DNA of 35,799 nucleotides from Octopus bimaculoides (lineage: Eukaryota). The stretch's first letter is position 1. Each line of letters begins with the position of its first letter. The notes below the pieces were generated by a model. That model worked only from the letters and a program-made list of their open reading frames with translations, was not told the DNA's origin and searched no databases. Shown here one piece after another: positions 10,753-22,270 of this stretch. Location: positions 148,794,428-148,830,226 of the forward strand of contig NC_068981.1 of the NCBI RefSeq assembly GCF_001194135.2, read 5' to 3'. The translations under genes and the position numbers were made by a program.

Positions 10753-11275
10753 AGGTAAATTCCTGCAACGAAGAATTATTAGAGCCAACGGGTATTTATG
10801 CGGTGACTTGGTTATTTATTTATAGCAGCTAAATTTTCAAATTGCAATTTCAGCTTAAAAAACGAAGGGTACGCATAATAAGTGTTCTGGTTTTACCCCA
10901 TCAAAAAGAACAACACAAACAATCCACTATCGCTGAAGCACTGAAAGCCTTTAGCTCTACATACATCTCGCATAATCATTGCTTTGTTTCTATATTATAA
11001 ACCATTATTAGCAGTGCTGAAAGTGAATTGTCACAATCGGTAGCAACATGCTTCGTCGAGAATTCATCACCACCGATACAGAAAATTCACTGAATAAAAT
11101 TTCAGTTATGCAATGGAGACAGTATTAAATTCTTGCCCAAGTATGTGAGTGGCTGCGAGTACACGTCATTAAAAAGGCCTAAAAAAGGCCGAAATGTATC
11201 TTGCGTTCTCACTGGCCGATCTTGGGTGGTATTTCATCTGCGATATTTAATATTTTAACACAGCACGTACATAGG

Positions 11276-11280
<5 letters not shown>

Positions 11281-11357
<77 letters not shown>

Positions 11358-11372
11358 ACACACTCACACACA
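11281..11372. repeat. (AC)n microsatellite
   Basis: Long, nearly pure AC run. Confidence 0.97.
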
Positions 11373-12037
11373 CGAAACACAGAGGCTAGTGCAGTTCCAA
11401 CAAATAGAGTGTATTGGTGTGACGCTCAGGTAAAACGGAAGAAGTCCTACAGAAAGGAATTAGAAGGAAAAGCAGATGGAAAAAGGAAAAAATTGATATA
11501 TTGATATAAAACTATGTTAACCATGTATTGATAAAACGCTTCTGTACATTTGAATGTGAATGGCTTTCACTTCAGTATATTTTCAAAAACATCTTTCCTT
11601 ATATATATATATATATATGTTGCATGTAAAAACTATGCCAATCACCAAAAGATATCACCAGACTATCAGAAACGGCGGTTCGGTTTAAATTCCGGAGCTT
11701 CGGATTTAGACAGGAACTTCTGTGTTATATATCACTGAAGTTATAAAATTACACTGGAAAACATTGCTTTGAGGTTTACGGTTTAGTGATGTATTTTTGA
11801 GATCAGCAATGTGTTTTTACACATGAAATCACTTGGGAGAAATTTGTTGTCCAAGACATAACCCCACTGCCAATGACATTCACGCACTAGTATGCAAAAA
11901 TGTGTTAAAACACATCCTTATAGTGATACTAACTACTTCGTGTGCTTATACCGAATCAATTCCAGTTTTAAAAGACTCCTTATACACTGGCAATTGTTTT
12001 GACTGATGTTTTCTACATTAGAACAGAAGCTTCTGTG

Positions 12038-12461
12038 CAGCGCTGGATTAACCATTAAGCAAAATAAGCACGTGCTTAGGGTATCAACGGAAGGAGGAGT
12101 ACCACAGAAATGGTAAATGGTTTACGGCACAAAAGAAGTCACTTTAAACTTGCTATAATAATATTCGGGAAACCTTTGTCTCTATTAAGTATATATGCAG
12201 ATGTGTTACTTAAGATTAATTTTGATGATTTAATCAAAGACTTTGCAATTCAAAAGAGTAGGAGGAAACTTTTCAAATATAATTAAAGTGGAAGTATACA
12301 AAAATATACATTATTTTCCCTATTACTGCTTTTTTTCTTTTTGAAAAATAAAAATTTATTTTATGGTTTGTTATTGTTTATATTTTGAATTACATAATCT
12401 TTTATGGGAGCAACAAAATCTTTAAGTGCTTAGGGACTCGATGGGTCTTAATCCGACCCTG
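12038..12461 (+). mobile_element. hAT deletion derivative (non-autonomous) with perfect 8-bp TSD
   Basis: TSD CTTCTGTG at 12030-12037 and 12462-12469. The termini CAGCGCTGGATTAA and TTAATCCGACCCTG form an imperfect TIR. Confidence 0.88.
12179..12270 (+). pseudogene. Relic of hAT transposase extreme C-terminus
   Basis: Reads SLLSIYADVLLKINFDDLIKDFAIQKSRRKLFKYN-stop, typical of the end of the hAT dimerization region. Confidence 0.7.
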
Positions 12462-12967
12462 CTTCTGTGTAGCTCCAAATAAGCGAGGTGGTACATCTCA
12501 CTAAGGGGACGAAATCATTCCGAAACAGCTAAAATTGCTTGTAATTTGGTGTGTTTCAACACACAAACTCTAGAGTAACAAATTTGTTTTCTGAAACAAA
12601 ATCGCGCAGCAAATTCCATTCAAATTTCAATGTGCAAGAACGTGTTAAAAATAAATGTGCACGTCTTTATTTTGATCCTGGCTGCTTCCTGTGCTTATAT
12701 ACACATATATACGTATATGTATACTTAAGCATACACATTTGCATATATCAATTACATATATTAATATTAATATTTTTATTAGTTATGTTTTGAAGTCTGA
12801 GCGATCAGAATCAAAATGGAATTAAATTTGCATAACTCACCAAAGCTACTTGTAACAAATTCTGTTTTCTAAAGTATCTAGAAGCTTATGCATGCATACA
12901 TACATTCATGCATAGATACGCACACATGTATATACATATATATACATATATATATACATAACCAAAC

Positions 12968-13010
<43 letters not shown>

Positions 13011-13203
13011 GCACACACACGTTCTATTATTACACACTTGCAGACCCTCGCGCACGCACACATATTCACCTCCCTTTTTCACTCTCCTGTCTTAGAAAGA
13101 ACTTTTCCTCCACCACTTCCTCTTCCGGTCCTTCCACAATGTAACCTCGTGGGCGTCGGTGTCGATTTTTTCTTCCTCCGTTTTTCCATTCTTTGAACTT
13201 TCC

Positions 13204-13233
13204 TTGTTTCCGACGAAGGGCTCCGCCCGAAAC
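13204..13233 (+). ncRNA. 5' two-thirds of a Penelope-type hammerhead ribozyme, truncated by an assembly gap
   Basis: UUGUUU-CCGACGA-A-GGGC-UCC-GCCC-GAAAC then N. The 4-bp stem II and GAAA spacing are right, but the core has U4 to C. Confidence 0.6.
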
Positions 13234-14649
13234 NNNNNNNNNNNNNNNNNNNNNNNNNNNNNNNNNNNNNNNNNNNNNNNNNNNNNNNNNNNNNNNNNNN
13301 NNNNNNNNNNNNNNNNNNNNNNNNNNNNNNNNNNNNNNNNNNNNNNNNNNNNNNNNNNNNNNNNNNNNNNNNNNNNNNNNNNNNNNNNNNNNNNNNNNNN
13401 NNNNNNNNNNNNNNNNNNNNNNNNNNNNNNNNNNNNNNNNNNNNNNNNNNNNNNNNNNNNNNNNNNNNNNNNNNNNNNNNNNNNNNNNNNNNNNNNNNNN
13501 NNNNNNNNNNNNNNNNNNNNNNNNNNNNNNNNNNNNNNNNNNNNNNNNNNNNNNNNNNNNNNNNNNNNNNNNNNNNNNNNNNNNNNNNNNNNNNNNNNNN
13601 NNNNNNNNNNNNNNNNNNNNNNNNNNNNNNNNNNNNNNNNNNNNNNNNNNNNNNNNNNNNNNNNNNNNNNNNNNNNNNNNNNNNNNNNNNNNNNNNNNNN
13701 NNNNNNNNNNNNNNNNNNNNNNNNNNNNNNNNNNNNNNNNNNNNNNNNNNNNNNNNNNNNNNNNNNNNNNNNNNNNNNNNNNNNNNNNNNNNNNNNNNNN
13801 NNNNNNNNNNNNNNNNNNNNNNNNNNNNNNNNNNNNNNNNNNNNNNNNNNNNNNNNNNNNNNNNNNNNNNNNNNNNNNNNNNNNNNNNNNNNNNNNNACA
13901 TTGTTGCTGACCTTCAGGAACATCGATCAGAGTTCAGCAATGCCTATGCAGAGTTTTAAGTCCAATAAGGCTTGCACGACACCTCATAGACCCTCTCCAC
14001 TTTATTGACATTATCCAGAGACAAGCCGGAGCAAGATGCCTGGTGCCAATATGAGTCGCAGGCTCAGGGATGTGGGAACGCCATGATTTCTAGCACAAAC
14101 CAAAGAACCCCAAAATGTCCAATGCCATTCCCTGCATATCTATTTTTTTTTTATTATCAGAGTGACCTTCTCTTAGAGACATGCTTCAACAGAAGCTGAG
14201 GGGTGCCTCACTCCCAGTGGTCTTTCAGCACGCCGGACACCATCCTGGAATTTCTGCGTACCCGTGCTATATACATACATACATACATGTATATTATACA
14301 TACATACATACGTATATATATAGTAAAATTGGACTCCGTTTTTGAAACTCTGATGAAGATATAAGTTAATACATAAGCACTCAACCTCGAATGCTTTGGA
14401 TCTTGTAGCGGAAACATTTGTAAACTAATGAAGTTCATGACATAATTTCTTATTCCCTTGTTACACACACGTACACATGCATACACACATGAATATATAT
14501 CTATATGTATGTTTGTGTATGTATTCATTGTTGCGTTCTCGACACCTCTGTGGTCATTAGAGACGTTATGCATGAGACAACTTTCTAGTACTTCAGTGTT
14601 CTAAATTGCTCTATAATTTTGTGTAATATATATCTTATTTCTACGCAGG

Positions 14650-14948
14650 CTGATACAGTCGTGGATTGAAGATAAAGATTCAAACGTTCGATCAACTGAA
14701 TTGCCTGCGTGTAAAGTAGCTAAACAGTCCGTGATATACTCTTTACTCTTTTACTTGTTTCAATCATTTGACTGCGGCCATGCTGGGGCACCGCCTTTTA
14801 GTCGAGCAAATCGACCCCAGGACTTATTCTTTGTAAGCCTAGTACTTATTCTATCGGTCTCTTTTTGCCGAACCGCTAAGTTACGGGGATGTAAACACAC
14901 CAGCCTCGGTTGTCAAGCGAAGTTGGGGGGACAATCACAGACACACAA

Positions 14949-14993
<45 letters not shown>

Positions 14994-15420
14994 CGATGGG
15001 CTTCTTTCAGTTTCTATCTACCAAATCCACTCACAAGGCTTTGGTCGGCCCGAGGCTATAATAGAAGACACTTGCCCAAGGTGCCACGCAGTGGGACTGA
15101 ACCCAGAACCATGTGGCTGGTAAGCAAGCTACTTAACACACAGCCACTCCTGCGCCTATATGTGTAGCTTTAACGTTATTCTCAGGCAGAATCAGCGTGG
15201 CACAGTGTATGACAAAGTTATACCTTTCGAATTACAAGCACAATTTAGTCGATGGGTTTCCAAGCAGTTTTCGTCTACCCAATTTCACTCACAAGGAATA
15301 AGTTATTCGACGATATATAATATGACAATCACTGAAGTTGTCATGCAACGAGCTCTAGTCTGGCATCTCGCGGTTGCCAAGCGAACACCTTGATTATTCG
15401 GCCATACTGCTTCGACAATA
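14650..15420 (-). mobile_element. Old composite SINE (A head + B body) split by a younger SINE
   Basis: Head and A-middle at 15240-15420, B body at 15165-15240, and its continuation at 14650-14735. Same module order as 322-747. Confidence 0.5.
14738..15156 (-). mobile_element. Full-length tRNA-derived SINE (family A), young
   Basis: Highly similar to the reverse complement of 18411-18783. A-box-like TGGCTGTGTGTT, B-box-like GGTTCAGTCCC, an internal TA/TG microsatellite and a (TAAAAGAG)-type tail. Confidence 0.92.
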
Positions 15421-16903
15421 TTGAAAATAATGCGCCAATACAAATTCACATTGCTAATAATGTATACACAAATGCTTATTCCCAATCACACTCACTATAA
15501 CTATAGACACATTCGTGCTAGTGCATATATACTGTGTTCCCAACAGACAAACTAATATTACAGGCACAAACACATGTACACATATATCTCTTGCACGAAT
15601 GAAAACCCAGTCATTCGACATTACTTCCGATCAATCTTAATTCATCATTTTCAAAATGACTCAGAAAAACACGAATTCTTTCGTTAGTCCTGATTTTTCT
15701 TTCTATCTCCTACAATTTTCCTTCGCTCGAAACGTCTAAGATACTTTTCCTTTAGTAATCTTCTACTGAGCCTATGCATTTACACCAAAGCGCACACATA
15801 CTATGATTATACACCCATAATGCTAGTACAAATATACTGGGTACCCAACGGACACAGTAATATTAAATGCACAAACACACGTGCATATNNNNNNNNNNNN
15901 NNNNNNNNNNNNNNNNNNNNNNNNNNNNNNNNNNNNNNNNNNNNNNNNNNNNNNNNNNNNNNNNNNNNNNNNNNNNNNNNNNNNNNNNNNNNNNNNNNNN
16001 NNNNNNNNNNNNNNNNNNNNNNNNNNNNNNNNNNNNNNNNNNNNNNNNNNNNNNNNNNNNNNNNNNNNNNNNNNNNNNNNNNNNNNNNNNNNNNNNNNNN
16101 NNNNNNNNNNNNNNNNNNNNNNNNNNNNNNNNNNNNNNNNNNNNNNNNNNNNNNNNNNNNNNNNNNNNNNNNNNNNNNNNNNNNNNNNNNNNNNNNNNNN
16201 NNNNNNNNNNNNNNNNNNNNNNNNNNNNNNNNNNNNNNNNNNNNNNNNNNNNNNNNNNNNNNNNNNNNNNNNNNNNNNNNNNNNNNNNNNNNNNNNNNNN
16301 NNNNNNNNNNNNNNNNNNNNNNNNNNNNNNNNNNNNNNNNNNNNNNNNNNNNNNNNNNNNNNNNNNNNNNNNNNNNNNNNNNNNNNNNNNNNNNNNNNNN
16401 NNNNNNNNNNNNNNNNNNNNNNNNNNNNNNNNNNNNNNNNNNNNNNNNNNNNNNNNNNNNNNNNNNNNNNNNNNNNNNNNNNNNNNNNNNNNNNNNNNNN
16501 NNNNNNNNNNNNNNNNNNNNNNNNNNNNNNNNNNNNNNNNNNNNNNNNNNNNNNNNNNNNNNNNNNNNNNNNNNNNNNNNNNNNNNNNNNNNNNNNNNNN
16601 NNNNNNNNNNNNNNNNNNNNNNNNNNNNNNNNNNNNNNNATCTTATATATATGCATATATATATATATATGTATATGCATGTATTTAATACATATATATG
16701 TATACATATATATATAAATATAGGTATATATACATACGTATATGCATGTATAGATCTATGTATACAATTATGTATATATGTAGGCATGTATGTATGTATG
16801 TATTTGTGTGTGTATATGTGTGTATAAATGTTAGACTCGTGTGTGTAAGTTTGTTTTCGCGAGTATAAATGTTTGTTGAGTTTTGGTTTTATAAGGAAGA
16901 TGG

Positions 16904-16968
<65 letters not shown>

Positions 16969-17216
16969 ATGTGTGTGTACACACGTACACACTTATACAC
17001 ATTCATACACACCTATATTTGTAGAACTGTAATCTGTAATCCGTTCTTTTCTAAATGTCTATCTATATATGTTTTGAGCGTGTGTCTTGTTACTTGTGTA
17101 CTATTGTTTGTGTACATCTGTAAGTGTTTGCACGTGTGTTTAAGTAATTCTGTGTGTTAAAATCTTCTTAACTTGTGCATGTGTATGAGTGTATTTTTGT
17201 TTTTAGTCTCGACGTC

Positions 17217-17281
<65 letters not shown>

Positions 17282-17869
17282 NNNNNNNNNNNNNNNNNNN
17301 NNNNNNNNNNNNNNNNNNNNNNNNNNNNNNNNNNNNNNNNNNNNNNNNNNNNNNNNNNNNNNNNNNNNNNNNNNNNNNNNNNNNNNNNNNNNNNNNNNNN
17401 NNNNNNNNNNNNNNNNNNNNNNNNNNNNNNNNNNNNNNNNNNNNNNNNNNNNNNNNNNNNNNNNNNNNNNNNNNNNNNNNNNNNNNNNNNNNNNNNNNNN
17501 NNNNNNNNNNNNNNNNNNNNNNNNNNNNNNNNNNNNNNNNNNNNNNNNNNNNNNNNNNNNNNNNNNNNNNNNNNNNNNNNNNNNNNNNNNNNNNNNNNNN
17601 NNNNNNNNNNNNNNNNNNNNNNNNNNNNNNNNNNNNNNNNNNNNNNNNNNNNNNNNNNNNNNNNNNNNNNNNNNNNNNNNNNNNNTATATATATGCGTTT
17701 GCGTCAATGTTTACTGACGTGTGCATGTATGTGAGTATATGCTTATGTGCCTGCGCACGCGTCTGCTTGCGTATGTATGTATGTATGTATGTATGTATGT
17801 ATGTACGTACGTGTGTGATTATGTGCGTGTGCGTGTGTGTATGTTTGTGTGAGTGAATGTTGGTGTTAT

Positions 17870-18125
17870 ACGTGTTGATGAGCGGGTCGGCGTTATGAAG
17901 GGGAAGTAGGCAAGATTTTGTTGGGGCTGGAAGTAGCGGGGACGTCATGACGGTGGCATAGAATTGAATTGCTTGCGCTGGAATAACTAATGGCGCCATT
18001 ATGACTGCTCGGGTTCCGTGACTCTCTATCAACTTCACAGATGGCAGTGCAGTCGGCAGCGGAAGGGCTCCCCACTTCTAAGCCAGCCCATCTGATGCTA
18101 TCAACGATGGAACTTGTTGTTAAGG
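17870..18125 (-). pseudogene. Probable DIRS-type (tyrosine-recombinase retrotransposon) relic, methyltransferase-like region downstream of RNase H
   Basis: One minus frame reads DGLA*KWGALPLPTALPSVKLIESHGTRAVIMAPLVIPAQ..PLLP, against the DIRS pattern DAL..W..YAFPP..KI..ILIAP.WPAQ. LNNKF lies upstream in another frame. The segment is a GC-richer island. Confidence 0.45.
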
Positions 18126-18367
18126 GGACTACTATTACATTAGTACAAAAGCAAAAAAAGCAAGAACTGTTTCATATAGTTTGCTTGTTTTTTTTATTTA
18201 TTTAGTTTTTAAGGTTAATTTTTCTCTTTCACTTTTCTTTTTCATACGTCTAATGCTAAAATACTGCGTGGGTGCATATGTACGTTTGTGCAAATGCCCC
18301 AGTCATCTCCTCATGTATTATATGAATATACGTATAAACGTATATATGTATATGTGTACGCATACAA

Positions 18368-18401
<34 letters not shown>

Positions 18402-18410
18402 GTATATGTA

Positions 18411-18782
18411 GGCGTAGGAGTGGCTGTGTGGTAAGTAGCTTGCTTACCAACCACATAGTTCTGGGTTCAGTCCCACTGCGTTGCACCTTGGGCAAGTGTC
18501 TTCTACTATAGCCTCAGGCCGATCAAAGCCTTGTGAGTGGATTTGGTAAGCGGAAACTGAAAGAAACCCGTCGTATATTTGTATATATATATGTATGTGT
18601 GTGTATATGTTTGTGTGTCTGTGTTTGTTCCCCCAACATCGCTTGACAACCGATGCTGGTGTGTTTACGTCCCCGTAACTTAGCGGTTCGGCAAAAGAGT
18701 CCTGGGGTGGATTTGCTCGACTAAAGGCGGTGCTTCAGCATGGCCACAGTCAAATGACTGAAACATGTAAAAGAGTAAAAGA

Positions 18783-18783
<1 letters not shown>
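18411..18783 (+). mobile_element. tRNA-derived SINE (family A), young, with a 36-bp internal deletion
   Basis: Head GGCGTAGGAGTGGCTGTGTGG..GGTTCAGTCCC. Lacks ACCGATAGAATAAGTACTAGGCTTACAAAGAATAAG relative to the 14738-15156 copy. Confidence 0.92.
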
Positions 18784-18822
<39 letters not shown>

Positions 18823-18929
18823 GTGTGTGTGTGTGAACATGTGGATACCTATTTGTAAATACATGTGTGTATATATTTATGTATATATATGTATGTATAT
18901 GCATATATATGTGGGTGTATATGTTTATA

Positions 18930-19285
18930 TGTGGTTGTGTGGTAAGAAGTTTACTTTCCAACCACATGATTCCAGGTTCAAGTCTCGAGCCAACCAAAGT
19001 CTTGAGGGTGGATTTGGGGGACGAAAACTGAAAGAATCCCCTTGTATGCATATATAATGTGTGTATCATTATATCTATATTTGTTCTCCTCCATCGCTTG
19101 AAAAGCGGTGTTGGCGTGTTTACGTCCCTTTAACCTAGCGGTTCGGCAAAGATAACCGATTGAATAAATACCGGGCTTGCAACCAAAATTAGTGCTGGAG
19201 TCGGTTTGATCGACTAAAATTGTTTAAGGCAGTGCCCCAGCATAGCCGCACTCTGATGACTGTACAATTAAAAGAATGAAAGAAT
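18930..19285 (+). mobile_element. SINE family A, older copy with head-proximal deletion
   Basis: Colinear with 18411-18783 but with many substitutions. Confidence 0.8.
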
Positions 19286-19589
19286 TTCTAATGAGAAATT
19301 CTTAACATTTCTATCTAAGATGTAAAACTTTGTAATTCCTATTAGCAAATGAAACTTGTGTAATGGTGAATAAATAATACAGAAAAAAATTCCAATTTCC
19401 TGTTTTGTTTATAGTAACTCTGTCTCTACATCTGTCTCTGTCTGTTTGCCTCTCTCTTTACCTCTCTCTCCATATATGTATACACACAGACACAGACGCA
19501 CAGACACACACATACACACATCATACACGCACACACACACACGCACATACATAGCGACACATACGCAATGTCAGAGCTCTGAGATTAAG

Positions 19590-19892
19590 AAATTCATTGC
19601 GCAACAGCATGAGCCTGGTCCCAGAGTTTTTGGGCATGTGTTTTCAATGATAGATACAGATTAACCAATGTTTCTTGAGGAAAATTGAAAGGCAGAAACC
19701 GTGCGGAAGCCCATCGTAATGTGTGCTTGTGTATATGAACTTCTTGATTACATAGAAATGACTGTATACCTTTATCTATCAAAGTCTCTGCGCGCGCGTG
19801 TGCACATGTGTGTGTGTGCGTGCACGCGCGCGTGCATGCTTGTATGTATTTGCCGAAGCATGCTCAGAGTTCAATGACTGAAACCAATAAAG
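19590..19892 (+). mobile_element. SINE family A, strongly decayed
   Basis: GAAACCGTGCGGAAGCCCATCG middle motif and AGCATG..AATGACTGAAACCAATAAAGA tail. Confidence 0.5.
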
Positions 19893-20495
19893 ACACACAC
19901 ACACACACACACAAAAAGTACATGAGAGAAAGAGAATGGAATTTACGAAATTCTTTACTATTCACTACGATCGTTTCAATCCATCGTGCACCGGTTCCTC
20001 GCGGCAAGTCACCTGATGATATACATCTGCACCTTCGATGCACAATAACTGTTTGTACAGTATTTCACTGTTTGTATAATACTTTACTACACTAAATAAT
20101 GGAAAAACACATCCACAGTATCCCAATAAGGGCACAAAATCGATTAAGGGTGTTCGCCACTTTTCTTCATTCTACGGAAAAATACTTAAATTTAGCATGT
20201 TTGTCTACAACGTACGTTTAGCCACACACGCACACACACATACATATACACAAGTCCACATACATTAAAGTATATCCAAATGATTATGTTGTCACATACA
20301 TTGTCAGTCATATCTACTTCTCAACGTATACTTTCTCTCACGCACGCACACACATGCGCCCGCATGCAAACACACAAACGTATGTAAATACACACGTCTA
20401 TACACTACTTCCTTTTCACTCTATGTATGTATGTATGTATGTATGTATGTATGTATGTATGTATGCATGAAAATGTTAATGTATGCACACACGTA

Positions 20496-21367
20496 CGAGG
20501 GTGTATCCAAAAGAAATCGGAACTTTGCAATATTTTATTCCCTTAGTTTTACGTTTCCGCCTTTATCATCTTCAAAGTATTGTCCATTTGAAGTAATGCA
20601 TCAGTCCAGAAGTGTTTTCCACTATTCGAAGCAGTGCTGGAACTCTTGCGAAGCGATGCCTTTTAACACCTCCATCGTTTTTTTCTTCATCTCTCCCACA
20701 TCCGCAAATTCCGTAGCACCAGCTTTCGTCACCAGTGATGACCTTCGAAAAAAGGTCCGGGTTAACTTCGGACTGTTCTTTCAGTTCACGACGTGCATTT
20801 AGCCGTGACTGCTTTTGATCTTCCATGAGCAAGTGAGGCACACATTTTGCTGCAACTCTTTTCATTCGCAATTCCGAGCTCAAAATTCGTTGGCAAGAGC
20901 TCCAGAACACACCAGTCATATCAAGTTCGTCAATTGTTAGGTAACGGTCCTCCAAAATCAGTTCGTTAATTTTCATGATATTTTTCATTTCTTCGGTAGG
21001 AAGACGGTGGCCCTAAACGAGATTGGTCTTCAAGCGACAAGTGACTATTCCTAAAGCGTGAAAATCACTTGAAAGTTTATGTTTTGCTCATGGCAGCGTC
21101 CCTGTTTGCTGTTTGAAGCATGACAACTGTTTCGGCCGCCGTTTTCCCCAACTGAAAACAGAATTTCACGGAAGCAAAACTTGACGAACTGGGGAAAAGC
21201 ACTGTAAAACAAAGATGCACCATGTGGCAGTATTACCTCACTAGCCAACGCCGGTCGGCAAATTGATGTCTGAGGGTAGCACTAAGTTGCTTCTAGCGGC
21301 GAAAACCTGAACTACAACGGGCTTGTCCCTCAGAGAACGTTTCCGGTTATTTTGGGGTATCCCCTAG
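20496..21367 (-). mobile_element. Mariner DNA transposon, internally deleted
   Basis: Imperfect TIRs of about 28 bp (CGAGGGTGTATCCAAAAGAAATCGGAAC and GTTTCCGGTTATTTTGGGGTATCCCCTAG), with TA flanking both ends (20494-95, 21368-69). Confidence 0.9.
20540..21200 (-). pseudogene. Mariner transposase pseudogene
   Basis: N-terminal VKFCFQLGKTAAETVVMLQ with HTH region, then CVPHLL and ITGDESW motifs, then a jump to the C-terminal FADVGEMKKKT..CITSNGQYFEDD. Contains stops and frameshifts. Confidence 0.93.
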
Positions 21368-22051
21368 TACACAAACACACATGTGAACGTGCTCTACTGA
21401 ATTTATATGCATGTATGATCTAGATGCTTTTAGTTATAAACACCTTATGCAGACACACTTCCACACACACATATTAACTCACGCTTGCGTGAATATACAA
21501 GCACACACTTACACGCAGATCTAGACATATAACATTCGAATTGATATATATTATTTGCAAATAATTATGATCTGTTTGTATGAGGATGTGCATACATTTG
21601 TCTATTTGTGTGTCTCCGTGTTTCTCTGTTCCTGTACGAGTGCGCATGAGAGCTTGTATACTAACACATCCTCGAGTGCGCGCGTGTATGCTTGTGTTTG
21701 TATGTATGTGTGTATTACTTGAACTACAAAAGGTAAAGCTATTCGGGAAATATAACATATGTTACAAAGTTGGCAAACTCCCTCATTATAGAGTATCTTA
21801 CGTAGGTTTTATTTCTACATTTTACAAGAGTTTTAGTTCTAATTTATTTCTCTTATCGTGGGTTAGTTTAACTTATGAATTAGCACCGAGTAGTATATTC
21901 CCTCTTCCTGTAAACTCATATACTGCTTTTATGGAGTAATTTACTGGGAGTGGGTGATGAGGGCTCTTAATATCTTTCGTAGACTTCTTAAAACGACTCC
22001 AAGTCTGCAGTCAATGTTACCAGATGAACGAACACTTGTAACATTATGTAG

Positions 22052-22270
22052 CAAGGCGGTAATCTGACATAGCGTTAGATTTCCGAATATAGTCTAAGCG
22101 GTATTTCTTCTGGCTTTACATTCTGATTTCAAATTCTGCTGAGGTCGACTTTACTTCCATCTTCTCTGGATCGATAAAATAAACACCAGGTGAACGGTGA
22201 GTTTGTTGTAATCGATTAGCCCCTGCCGCCACATTTCTATTATAAGCACAAGGCTTTATAATAGAAGGAA
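22052..22270 (+). mobile_element. SINE family D, diverged
   Basis: AAGGCGG..GTTAG..AGCGGTATTTC..TTCAAATTCTGCTGAGGTCGACTTT..GTAATCGA colinear with the other D copies. Confidence 0.75.

Noticed and set aside
11106-11144. 39-nt in-frame exon candidate LCNGDSIKFLPKY with donor GTGAGT
   Set aside because: The acceptor lacks a polypyrimidine tract; compatible with chance.
12495-12535. CTAAGG-GGA..TCC-GAAACAGCTA hammerhead-like remnant
   Set aside because: Both the core and the cleavage triplet need several edits to fit.
14738-15156. tRNA-like heads of SINE families A, B and D as tRNA genes
   Set aside because: A/B boxes only; no complete cloverleaf, and all continue into SINE bodies.
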